64,000 bases of DNA from positions 127,782,001-127,846,000 of the forward strand of contig NC_042999.1 of NCBI RefSeq assembly GCF_006345805.1, in the 5' to 3' direction. Below, in pieces: positions 1 through 14,189 of this stretch. The position numbers and the translations under genes were made by a program. How positions within the stretch are numbered: position 1 is the first letter of the stretch; the number at the start of each line of letters is the position of its first letter. The notes beneath the pieces are model-generated. The model had not been told where the DNA came from and searched no databases. It worked only from the letters and a program-made list of their open reading frames with translations. The DNA comes from Octopus sinensis. Lineage: Eukaryota.

Positions 1-430
1 ACTTCGAATACTGGTAGAATTTCTCACGTAGAATATGGTTTACGCTTAACGTTTTTGACAAAATTTCCTATTTTAGAAGTTATTTCGTGTTAAAGTTGTC
101 GTATTTGGGTAATTTTAACCAATCAACGACGTGTATTCGCTTGAAGAAAGCTACTGCTGTTTGCGATAGTAATCGAAGAGGAACAACTTCTGGGACATCT
201 CTAGGATCTTTACCTTCTGACCTACAGATTTAAAAAATAATTTTTTGTAACTAAACACTTTCAAACTTCGGACACTTGTAGAATGTGCCATATAAAACAT
301 ATTTTACTCTTAGCATTTTTGAGAAAAACTTATATTTACGAAGTTATTTCACGTTAAAGTTCTCGTATTTCGGTAATTTCAGCCAATCAATGACGTGTAT
401 TCAACTGAATAAAATTAGTGCCGTTGTCAA
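1..430. repeat. Two diverged tandem copies (~260-bp period) of a repeat also present in the arms of the 6295-6982 palindrome
   Basis: 1-160 resembles 265-430 (aagttatttc..gttaaagt..cgtattt..gtaattt..ccaatcaa.gacgtgtattc). 247-330 resembles 6338-6430. Confidence 0.65.
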
Positions 431-538
431 CAACTATCGGCGGTGTATTTTTCGTTTGCCACTGTTATTTATGACATCATTCGTGCGTTTGTACTGATTT
501 TAAGGTTTTAGGGTATGTATGTATGTATGTATGCATGC

Positions 539-677
<139 letters not shown>

Positions 678-1307
678 GAAAAAGAAACTGGAGAAATTGA
701 CGTATAGAGACATCAGTTTATTTGAACATATTCAATTCTGTACAATATCAAATTCCTTGCTCCTACAGCTGTTTCCATACCCAATTAATTCAATTTGAGG
801 AATTAAATTAAATTAATTAAAATTTTCATATCGAATGTCGTTAATTAGGTATTTTTTCAGTGGAAGAATTTCATAAAAGAAGGAGCTATCTATATTCAAT
901 GTGTTGGTTGACCCTTGATCGACTCAGATATGTACCGACTTGGATGGGCAGCAGCAGCGGAAGACAGGACGATCGCTTCCACACGAGCGGCGACTACGAG
1001 CACGATCGCATAGCTTCGATACGCAGCAGCTCTTTGCTTGCACTTGCCCTCCTCAACACTGTCCGACTTACTCCGGCTGTTTACCTGTGCCTCGTCCCAC
1101 TCAGATATGTGCGTTTTAGCGACCAATGTTTTTTTTTTTTAAAAAGACGTTATTAATGTATGTGTATATGCAAATTTGTTTAATACATCTGTGCGCGGGC
1201 GTGTGTAATGTGTTGAAAACAAAGCAAGAGTATCCGTTAGTTAGCTTAAATGATACGAATACTTTAACAGGAGCTAAAGGCATTACTCGTAGTTTAGCCC
1301 ACAAACA

Positions 1308-1647
1308 AACTGTAAAGCCAGAGATGTAGTCTATAGTATAAGATGTATAGAGGGACGATGCAGTAACAAGACAACGACATACGTAGGGGAAACGGCAAGA
1401 AACATAGGAGAGCGGGTAAATGAGCATTGGAGACATCTCAAGGAAGGTAAAAGCTCATCGATTCTGTAATAACACGCCGAACAGGAACACGGGGGATCAA
1501 TCAACAATATAGAAATTAAAATATTGTCCACACATAGAACAGATGCAACAATCAGACAAATTACAGAAGCTACACACATAATAGAAAATAAACCTAGCCT
1601 GAATAGAAAACTAGAATGGAGCACTAGCACACACCACAACATATGAC
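1308..1647 (+). pseudogene. Penelope-like element GIY-YIG endonuclease fragment
   Basis: Hand translation: NCKARDVVYSIRC...TYVGETARNIGERVNEH...SIL**HAEQEH...IRQITEATHIIENKPSLNRKLEW, with two adjacent in-frame stops. Confidence 0.85.
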
Positions 1648-1821
1648 GATAGAGGATCCCGAAAACATAATAAATACACAGATAAATAAACAAATAGAAA
1701 TAAATAACTATATATATATATATATATATTTAAAATAGAAATAAATAACTATATATATATATATATATTTTTAAAATTAAAGTATTATTTGACGCTCAGG
1801 AAAGAAGGGAAATATATATAT

Positions 1822-1901
<80 letters not shown>

Positions 1902-1908
1902 GTATATT

Positions 1909-1981
<73 letters not shown>

Positions 1982-2804
1982 TGTGTGTGTATGTTCAACG
2001 AATGAGTTTTAATTAAATAAGTACTGCGTTCAAAATAATCAATAACCTTCTAAAAGCTTGAATGTGGTATACTGTAGAACATTCATACTCAGGAAACTTC
2101 TGCTGAGGAAGCTAGATCCTAAAACATGTCTGGAGTCATCTCCTATTTATACTAAAGAAATAAAAAAAGATTAGCTACCCATTAATATTTATTCCCCATT
2201 CTATCTTTCATTCCACGTTAGCTTTTTTCTCTTACACACTTACACAATATGTTGACACTTATTTATGTATCTCTAATTGTACACATCTTAATTTATGGGA
2301 GTTGTTCAGTGTCAAGGTCTGTTTTTCCGCGAATGCTATTTTATTTGTTACCTTATCTTTTGTGCGGAAGTTTTGCTGTTATTCTAGACACTAAACACAA
2401 ATGTCAACACCTTTTCTTGATAAGCTTAATCATTCATTAGACACCTTGTCATGTCAGCTTGATTTACATACCATCTTTGTTGCAATTACATTCTTCTTTA
2501 TTTATATATATTTCCCAGTACTTCGCTTACTTACTCTGGTAATGAAATAATAGCTATCATGTCAACGGTAACGTTATTTGATAAGCACTGATGACATCTT
2601 TAGGGTAAATTACAGGCAAATTTGCGTCGCAAGATTTGACAAGTTGTGACGTGTCAATCATAAACTGAATTCAGTTAAGAATATTAGTCGTTTAATCCAA
2701 CTGACCTATCACTTTCATATATATCTTTTACGGTAGATTTTAAAAATATTTTCTCAAAATGATTTATCTAGTAAAAAAAATCAGTCCTTCTCTTGTTTAA
2801 CTTG

Positions 2805-3120
2805 CGGATGTGCCAGTTTATCGACGGGTGTGCCAGTTGATCTGGTCACTCGAACATCCTGCTTGTAAAATTAATGTGCATATGGCTGAGCATTCCACAG
2901 ACACGCGTACCCTTAACGTGATCCTCAGGGAGATTCAGCGTGACACAGAATGTTTGAAGGCTGGCCCTTTGAAATATAGATCCTACTCATTTTGGCCAGC
3001 TGATTGGACTGGAGCAATGTGAAATAAAGAGCCTAGTTCCAGGACCCAACGCGCCGCGAGGAATCAAACTCATGACTTTATGTTCTTGAGCTGAATACCC
3101 TAACCACGTAGCCACGCTCT
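2805..3120 (-). mobile_element. tRNA-derived SINE (family C); related copies at ~3265-3400(+), 4370-4720(+), 4720-5030(-), 13855-13950, 18360-18520(-), 46365-46883(-), 52835-53100(+), 59210-59490(+)
   Basis: Shared cagcgtgacaca...aaggctggccctttgaaata body and A/B-box head (tggcccagtggttag...ggttcgattcc). Confidence 0.7.
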
Positions 3121-4043
3121 TTCATTTTTATTATTCACAATCAAAGAGAATAAACGAGACCAGGGAATCAGTTAATAAATATAATATACAAAACCATTTT
3201 TCTCTTTGGTCACAACCCGACTTTTTCACGAAGATCCACTCGAGCTGTGAGATATTTCAAGTGACCTAGCGGTTAGGGTGTTGGACTCACGGTCATAAAT
3301 ATGCGGGTTCGATTTCTGAACCGATTAAGTCATTGTATCGTTGATTAATGGCCTTCATTTCACGTTATTCTAGTCTTCTCAACTGAAATAAGTACTAGCC
3401 GAGCTGTCACATCCTCAATATTCCGCAAGGTCAAGGGTATGAGGGCCGAGATGGTATTCATGTTTTCTCACGACAACATAGGTAAATAAAAGAATTTACA
3501 CGTCATCTACACTTGCAATTTTTACTTCTATTGACGAAAAAAATAAATGCTAAGGGAAATAACTCTAATACATCATGGGGATAAGTTATGTCCCTTAGCA
3601 TTCCCTCTTGTGTCAATGGATTTTGCCGTAATGTTTTGCGAGCTTTCTAATACCTATAACAAACTAGGTATGATGGAAATCAAAAATGACTCCCTGGTTC
3701 AGTTTTTGTTTCTCCCCCCCCCCTCTGTCTCCCAGTATGTATGCATGTATGTATGTATGTATGTATGTATGTATGTATGTATGTATGTATGTATGTATGT
3801 ATGTATGTATGTATGCATGCATGCGTGTGTATGTGTGTGTGTGTATTTTATATATCAAGCCCAAACGTGTTTATTTGTATCTCTATCTATATCAGCTCAC
3901 CTGGATTTTTCTTATAGCCATTCTATGGACTTGGTCCTCAAAAAAGACTTCGGAGTGTGAGTTCATATCATCTGAACACTACTACATATTTTCTATACAG
4001 AGCATCACACACACACACACACAGACAGACAGACAGACAGACA

Positions 4044-4120
<77 letters not shown>

Positions 4121-5787
4121 GTATGTATATATATATACTTGTAACAAATTTCTCCTTAATTTATTATCAATGAAGAATGGTAGAGTGGTTGCAGCTGATA
4201 AAAGTTGATAGAACAGTGTGAAGAAAGATTCAGATATTAGCGTCTCACTAGTGGCAACAAGCGGCGAGTTCACAGAATCGTTAGCGCGTCAGGCAAAATG
4301 CTTAGCGGCGTTTCGTCCGCCTTTATGTTCTGAGTTCAAATGCCACCGAGGTTGGCTTTGTCTTTGTGAAGGTGTGTGGCCCAGTGGTTAGAGCGCAGTG
4401 CTCACAATCATGAGATAGTGAGTTCGATTCCCGAACAGAGCTGCGTGTTGTGTTCTTGAGCAAGACACTTTATTTCACGTTGCTCCAATTCACTCAACTG
4501 CTGAAATGTGTTGTGACGTCACTGTCGCTAAACTGTATCAGCCTTTGCCTTTCTCTTGGAGAACATCAGTGGTGTGTAGAGGTGAAGCTGGTATGCTTGG
4601 GTGACTGCTGGTCTTCCATAAACAACCTTTCCCTCACTTGTGCCTCGGAGGGTAACTTTCTAGGTGCAATCTCATTGTCATTCATGACCAAGGGGAGTCT
4701 TTTACCTCTTTACCTTTATTAGTGACGAAAGGGGAGCACTCCGTCGCTTACGACAATGAGTGTTCCCGCTGGATCCAACGGAACAGTCTGCTCGTGAAAT
4801 AGATATGCGAGTGACTGAGCACTTCATAACAGCCTTAACATTGTTCTTAGGAAGATCCAGCGCGACACATCTAACCTGCTAAACTATACGTACAACTCAT
4901 TGTTGCCAGCTGAGTGGACTGGAGCAACGTCAAAATAAGCGCCTTACTCAAGGACACAAAGCGTCGCCGGGAATTGAACTTACTCTCTTACAGTCTTGAA
5001 ACCATGCATCTTCACAGAGAAAAAAGACTTAGATAATCACAAGGCCTGAAATTTTGCGGGAAGAAGATAGTCGATTATCTTGACTCCAGTACTCAACTGC
5101 TACTTATTTTATCAACCTCGAGAAGATGAAAGGCAAAGTCGACCTCGACAGCATTTGAACTCCGAACATAAAGACAGAAGAAATGCTACTAAGCATTTTT
5201 CTAGTGAGGTAACGATCCTGCCAGCTCGCCATCTTGAAAAGACCTAGATGATGACAGGAATAAATTAGAAAGGATCATACTTGAACATCAATCAAATCAG
5301 ATGAATACAACAATAGGAAACAAATGTTTCAAATCATTCCCAAAATGTTTCTATTCTCGTTCGTTTTGGCGATAAAGCTTTTCAGGAGTATGTTCAAAAT
5401 ATTTTCATTGACGCCCCACTCCCCACTATTAGGGAGTGCACTAGCATCCCTTGCACCCTTGTTCTTCGGAATTTGTTTATTAGATAGTCTTTTTAATAGA
5501 ATGAAGGTTTCTACGCCTTTAGTAAACCAAACAGCCATATCAACAAATTCACATTTGATGATTTTTTTTTTTCAGATGATGCTAGTAACTCTGGAACATT
5601 TCATTTTATTAAATACTCTTCACTTAAATTCCAGGAGGGAAATGGTGGAATGATCTTCCAAAATAATTTATTTTTCAACATAATTGTAACCAGTATCACT
5701 ACAACGTACGAAGAAACTAATTCGAGGTGCTTAAAATATCCGTTCCATCCCCGCCACCATTTTTTTCTTTTAAACAATAAATTCCGA

Positions 5788-6196
5788 GGTGCAGGAGTGG
5801 CTGTGTGGTAAGTAGCTTGCTTACCAACCACATGGTTCCGGGTTCAGTCCCACTGCGTGGCATCTTGGGCAAGTGTCTTCTACTATAGCCTTGGGCCAAC
5901 CAAAGCCTTGTGAGTGGATTTGGTAGACGGAAACTGAAAGAAGCCTGTCGTATATATGTATATATATATGTGTGTGTGTGTATGTTTGTGTGTCTGTGTT
6001 TCTCCCCCTAGCATTGCTTGACAACCGATGCATGGTGTGTTTACGTCCCCGTCACTTAGAGGTTCGGCAAAAGAGACCGATAGAATAAGTACTAGGCTTA
6101 CAAAGAATAAGTCCTGGGGTCGATTTGCTCGACTAAAGGCGGTGCTCCAGCATGGCCGCAGTCAAATGACTTAACAAGTAAAAGAGTAAAAGAGTA
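5788..6196 (+). mobile_element. Full-length tRNA-derived SINE (family A) with internal microsatellite; copies at 9082-10063(+), 19652-20177(-), 20901-21263(+), 21940-22075(+), 39113-39463(-), 55887-56038(+)
   Basis: A box tggctgtgtgg, B box ggttcagtccc, shared body ccttgtgagtggatttggtagacggaaactgaaagaagcc, tail repeats aaaagagt. Confidence 0.85.
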
Positions 6197-6294
6197 TATA
6201 ATTGCAATTTGCACCATCTGAATGTTATGAAGAAACAAAGTTGAAACGTGTGAATTACCTGAAACCTCTCTCCCGCCGCCCCGAAAAAAATATT

Positions 6295-6982
6295 GGATCT
6301 TTTCCTTTTGAACGGCACATGTCAACACAATTTCTAGTTAACTAAACACTTTAAAACTTCGTATACTTGTAGAATGTGTGAAAATAAAACATTTTTTTTC
6401 TCTTGGCTTTCTTGATAAAATTGTAATTCGTTTGTTTAACGTAGTTTAATTTTTCGAATTTTTTTTTTTCTTAATTGTTAAAATAATTTAATTGTTACGC
6501 AGTAAAAAAAACAAAAAACGGAAGGCTAAAACGAAAGCAATGGAAAATAATTTAAACAATTAACATACAAAATAATTCTATAATTTTATACACACGCTTT
6601 CCGTACGTATACAGAAAGCGTGTATATAAAATTATAGAATTATTTTGTATTATTTATACACACGCTTTCCGTACGTATACGGAAAGCGTGTGTATAAAAT
6701 TATAGAATTATTTTGTTTGTTAATTGTTTAAATTATTTTCCATTGCTTTCGTTTTAGCCTTCCGTTTTTTTTTACACGCGTAACAATTAAATTAATTTAA
6801 TAATTAAAAAAAAAAAATTCGAAAAATTAAACTACGTTAAACAAACGAATTACAATTTTATCAAGAAAGCCAAGAGAAAAAAAAATGTTTTATTTTGACA
6901 CATTCTACCAGTATACGAAGTTTTAAAGTGTTTAGTTAACTAGAAATTGTGTTGACATGTGCCGTTCAAAAGGAAAAGATCC
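6295..6982. repeat. 688-bp near-perfect palindrome (foldback/MITE-like)
   Basis: Ends GGATCTTTTCCTTTTGAACGGCAC... and ...GTGCCGTTCAAAAGGAAAAGATCC. Arms are complementary over ~300 bp with few differences. Confidence 0.95.
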
Positions 6983-7447
6983 AAAATATTTCCTGTACAA
7001 ATTCCGACGTAATCGTAATTTATGCCATCTGAGACATTTTCTTAGAAAATTTCATAAAAAATATACTTATTTCAGAAAGTTGTGTAGAAACAAAATTACA
7101 GTGAGGGTGTTTGAGTAGGGGGGGGGGATCACGCGTGTGTAGGTTTACCGTAAAAGAAAGAAAACGAACAAGAGGATAAAGAGAAAGCACGAACGGTTAT
7201 GTGTGTGTGCGTGTGTGTGGGGGGGAGTGGATGGATGCGCGTGCGTATGTTCTTGTGTGTATGTGTGTGAGAGAGAGGAAGGAAAGAAAGCAAGAAAGAT
7301 AGAAAAAGAAGGAAAAAAGAGAGAGATAGAAAGAAACAAACGAATGAACAAAGGGTAACGTTAGGAGAGTGTATGTTACGAACTCTTGAAAGAAAGATAT
7401 GTGTGCGTGTGACTGTCTTATAGAGAGAAAATGTTGATCAAAGTAGC

Positions 7448-7478
<31 letters not shown>

Positions 7479-7664
7479 AGGCAGACTGTTTATATGATTG
7501 GTGCGCAACAGGTAGTTGTGTATATTAAGCTGACAACATGGCCTGTTAATTATAAGCCTCATGCACTGGCGTGGAAAATCAAAACAAAAATTAACATCAC
7601 AATTTCGAGTCGATTGCTGAGAGTTTAATTAATATTCGAACTTATCATTATTATCATTATTATT

Positions 7665-7704
7665 TTTTCCTCCCTACTTACAAGAGTAAAAGAACCAGTG
7701 AAGA
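7665..7704 (+). promoter_or_regulatory. Possible 3' splice site and short 5'UTR ahead of the ATG, implying an upstream non-coding exon
   Basis: Pyrimidine tract ttttttcctccctacttacaag ends at 7684, 20 nt before the ATG. Confidence 0.4.
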
Positions 7705-7837
7705 ATGGCACCGAGTGTCTATGACAAAGTTATTGCAGTGATATCAAAACCACAGGAACAGAGAACTGATTTCGAATGTCACGATTTGGTGCCTTGGATT
7801 CGGAAACAAAACAAATTATTTTCCAACCTAAAGCATG
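7705..7837 (+). CDS. CNB gene coding exon 1 (MAPSVYDKVIAVISKPQEQRTDFECHDLVPWIRKQNKLFSNLKH)
   Basis: ATG in agaATGG context with an in-frame TGA at 7699-7701. KPxEQRT motif like the K-P-x-x-R-T helix preceding CNB domains in Epac/RAPGEF-type proteins. Donor G|GTAAAT, phase 1. Confidence 0.85.
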
Positions 7838-7967
7838 GTAAATATTCCAACAATTTTCATATCTCTTATCTGACTTTCTTGCTTTCTTTAAGTTTCCTTT
7901 TCGACTTTTTTTCGTTGTTTTCCTCTTCATTTTGAATTTTTTTCATCAATAATTTCTTGTTTAGCTT

Positions 7968-8814
<847 letters not shown>

Positions 8815-9215
8815 ACATTGTACAACTCACTCTTCAAGGCTGTTGGTCAAAACTTACAGTAATCTATATGAGCTGAACAATCGATACGGGCTGCTCGAAA
8901 CTGACAGTAATCGATACGAGATGAACAAACGCACCTTCCGATCGAGAGCCCAGTTGCCTGAATCGCAAAGCCCTCCCGTCTTCTAACGACTATTTCATAC
9001 CAACGTTTAAACTCCACCCCGTAAGTACCGTTGCAAACAATGATCCTATGAGTTATGGAACTGAGACAACGGAAGTACTCAGCAGTTTGATTGCCAACCA
9101 CACGGTTTCGGGTTCAGTCCCATTGCACACTACCTTGAACAAATGTCTTGTCCTATAACCCCACCCAACCAAAGTCTTGTGAGTGGATTTGGCAGACAAA
9201 AACTGAAAAAGCCGT

Positions 9216-9716
9216 CGCATACATACACACATATATACATACATAGATATGTACAGTCATACATGCATATATGCATACATACATATATACGCACATACAC
9301 ACACATACATACATGTGTACAGTCATACATACATACATACATACATACATACATACATACATACATACATACATACTACGTACGTACATACATTCACACA
9401 TACAAACATATGTACAGTCATACATACATACGTACTTACGTACATACATATATACACACATACAAACATATGTAGTCATACATACATACGTACGTAAGTA
9501 CATACGTACGTACGTACATACGTACGTACGTACATACATACGCATACATATCTACATACATATATACATACATACATGCATACAAGCATACATACGTACG
9601 TACGTACATACATACAGATACATACACACATACATACGTACGTACGTACATACATACAGACACATACATACATACATACATACATACATACATACATACA
9701 TACATACATACATACA

Positions 9717-9747
<31 letters not shown>

Positions 9748-9750
9748 TTA
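9216..9750. repeat. (TACA)n/(TACG)n microsatellite inside a family A SINE
   Basis: Directly visible. Similar tracts at 3737-3820, 35141-35220, 41320-41445, 48441-48520, 58205-58290, 58650-58795. Confidence 0.95.
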
Positions 9751-10091
9751 CAAACACCGTGAGCTCTCTTAACTCAAAAAGTTCTGTCGTTTTGTTAGCG
9801 ACCGGCTTGAACTCTCGCAAGAATTTGAATTAAACTCAACGAAAAACCATACATATCGTGTAAGTTTGTGTGTGTGTGTGCGCGCCTGTGCGTGCTTGTC
9901 CCAACCACTGACTGACAACCAGTGCTGGTTTGTTTACGTCCCCCTAACTTAACGATTCGATATAAAAGACCGATAGAATAAATACCAGGCTTTAGAAATA
10001 ATAAATATTGGGTCGGTTCGTTCGACTAAAACCCTCAAAACGGTACCAATGATTGAAACCAGTTGTATATATAATAATAATAATAATAATA

Positions 10092-10139
<48 letters not shown>

Positions 10140-10233
10140 TAATAATAATGATAATATAATAATAATAATAAGAATAATAATGATATATATATATTATTAT
10201 ATATATATATGCATACACACACACACACACACA

Positions 10234-11160
<927 letters not shown>

Positions 11161-11624
11161 AATCATGTCAAAAAGATTGAGATCTCAAGCAGACAAAACA
11201 CATGTCTCGTCGCAAGCTGGAACAGAAGCAAGCGAGGTCAGATATCTAACGAGTATACATGCGCAACGGGAAAAAAAGCAAACGAACAGTTTGCCCAACC
11301 CAATATATATATCTTACATATATTAAAATGCATTTTGTTTCACACTTCGGTCACACTGGTAGAAGGAAACAAAAACAACAGTCGGAGACGCTAAACGAAT
11401 GTGAACTGTGGTGAGGGATTTTAGTTTTCTTTATCTGGTATTTTAATTAAAATGAAACTGCAAATTTTTTATCGTAAATTATATCTATCGTTTCAAACAC
11501 ACACCCACATAAATACACATGAAATTAATAATTAAACTCTTTTCGAAATATTGTCGTTCACATAACATTTATAAATTTTTTATATATATATATATATATG
11601 GCGTACCAACATAAATGTGTGTCA

Positions 11625-11985
11625 CCACGTCTTTGTTTCCTCATAACTTTAAGAATAAATGGATATTTTCTAATGAAATTTTCTACAACTATGCTTGAAA
11701 TGGTTTATATTCGGAATTTTATATGAAAAATAGAAAACTGACGGGCACGCACACATACATGCAGACATGCATCATATCTGCATCTACGAAACGAAACTTG
11801 AAATTGCTTTTGAAAAAAATTCTGAAGTATGTCTATAAGTATGTGTGCGAGCCGCCATTTTTCTATTTTTCATATATATTAAAGTCCGATATAATCGTAA
11901 TCTACACAATCTGAAAGGTAATTATAGAAATTTTTATCAAAAAGTAACCATTTTTCTGAAAGTTATAAGAAAACAAAGTTGACGG
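11625..11985. mobile_element. Degenerate MITE with terminal inverted repeats; related pieces at ~7030-7095 and 13380-13550
   Basis: ctttgtttcctcataacttt...ttttct vs ...ttttctgaaagttataagaaaacaaag. Confidence 0.5.
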
Positions 11986-13562
11986 ATCTAGTTTTTTTAC
12001 ATTCACAAAATATACATTTTTTAAAAGGAAGTAAAAAATCTCAAAATCGGCTATGATAATGTAGCCTTCCAGTCATTGATTTGAAGGTGTAGCGAATGAA
12101 ATTGGGGCCTTTTAAAGCTAAGGGTAGGCTCCAGAAGAAAACCCAAAAGACTGTGTCACATAATCTTATTGGAAGGTCCTGATTGGTTGGTTTACACATT
12201 GGCGCGAAATAAGTCAAGAGACAAACTGCGCCAATGCCAACCAATCAGAGCAGTGGACACAACAGGGTCCAAATAGCGGCTAAAAGTTAACTGTTATCTG
12301 CTACAACATTATTTGTACTGCATATCTCAGAGAGTGCGGATGCATTCCACCAACGCTACAAAGGTATCATGTTGTGGAGAAAAAATTGGAGAAAAAAGTT
12401 ACAGAGGTTTAAAAATCGAAAAAACTGCGGATCGGTGTCAACTTTAAGGTTGTACTCTGTGAATTGTTTTTAGTTTGGCATCTGACCTGTTCATTATAGG
12501 TTTCTAAATAAACAGAAATACCTAATTTCATTGAAGGTTTCTAAATAAACAGAAATACCTAATAAAATCAGCATGTATCATCTTACTGTTTTTTTTGTCT
12601 CTTCACTGATTGTACGTTTTTATCCTTTTTTAAAATTTGTTATATCAGTATATCTGTCTGCCTGTGTTTACTTTATGTGTACTGCCATGTATTTATGTAC
12701 ATCATTAATATATAAGTGCGCGCGCGCGTGTGTGAAAAGAGGCATCTGTCTCCAAAACTCCAAAATTGAGTAATGTTTCCATCCTTGGATTTGTAAACTG
12801 CGATAAGAATAACACTGGTCAACCAAGAATTTGTCCCAGGGAAAAGAATACCTGTATCCTATATGATTTTACATGCAGAATTCAAAAATAATTTCAAATT
12901 ATCTATATTAACCACAGTTTCTCTGTTCTACGATATCCCTCTCAGTTCCTGTTACGTATGCTAGGTTTCAGTTAAGCTGTTGAAATGTGAAGCTTAACGG
13001 TTTAAGAAATACTCCTAATTTAAATTTTTATGAATAGAATTAACCTAGTGAAATCATAAATTCACCTATCTGAGTCAATGAATCCCGAAAATATATGAAA
13101 TGAAAAATAGGTAAAAATACAAAGTGTGAAAAATCAATATAGACAACAGTGGCACAGACAACAGTTGTCATGGAACAAGCTGCTAATGCCAGGTTGTCTG
13201 TTTATTGGCTAAAATTACCCAAATTTCCCAAATTTAATTCCAAATAACATCAGGTTCTTTAATTTACGAGATAAAATAATTAGTTGATCGTAATCAAAAT
13301 TCAGAGTTGCATCGTTACACCAAAATTGAAGGCAATCTGAGCAAAATTAAGGTGTGTGTGTGTGTGGGGTCTCATTTTGCGAATGAGAAAGACTAGATCC
13401 AATTTGACTTCTGTTAATTTTCCAGAAAAAACCTGTTAGAACAAATTTCGATATAATCAGAATTTACACCATTTGTAGCGTATTTGTAAAAGATTTCATA
13501 AAAAAAATATCAATTATTCTGAAAGTTACGAGGAAACAAAGTCAGTCTTGGAGTAGTACACT

Positions 13563-13776
13563 TACGAGGGGGTGCTGAAGAGTTCCTGGCTTTAAAGATG
13601 TTTCGACAGGCCTGGTTGGAGGCCAAACGTTCTGAGTTCTTTTACAGGGCTTAGAAAAATCGAAAGGCCGCTGCAATAAGTGTGAATCTGAGAATATGTT
13701 GAATAAAATCATAATTAACTGATCCTCTTGTATTTTCTTTTACCCAGAGCCAGGAACTTTTCAGGACTCCCTCGAA
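13563..13776. mobile_element. mariner-derived MITE
   Basis: TIRs TACGAGGGGGTGCTGAAGAGTTCCTGGCT and AGCCAGGAACTTTTCAGGACTCCCTCG. Confidence 0.75.
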
Positions 13777-14189
13777 TGTAGGTAGACTATATATATATAT
13801 ATATAGATAGATATATATATATATATAGATAGATATATATATATATGAAATTAAAGTGCAAGTAGCTGAGAGATTCAGCGTGACACAAAGTGTGACAAGG
13901 CTGGCCCTTTGAAATACAGGTACAACAGAATCAGGAAAGAGTGAGAGAAACTTATAAACAAGGGAAAAAGAAAATTATTTCTATGCCAATATGCTGATAA
14001 CAGATTTTTAAATCGTTAATTTCCACATATTATTATACCCACTACAGAAATACGTTGTGCTGAAATCGAGGAAAGCTAGCCAACAGATTTTTTTAAAAAG
14101 TTCGTTATTTCTATATTGAATCAATTTCGGAATTAATCTCATAATAGACTTTTTCCTCTTCAGTAGAAAATACGAATGGAAATAAATGA

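Noticed and set aside
2095-2136. CTGAGGA...AAAACATGTC hammerhead-like string; also 1643-1670, 39797-39885 and 55815-55850
   Set aside because: Stems I/II are weak, or GAAA/NUH is missing. Possibly old relics but not supportable as ribozymes.
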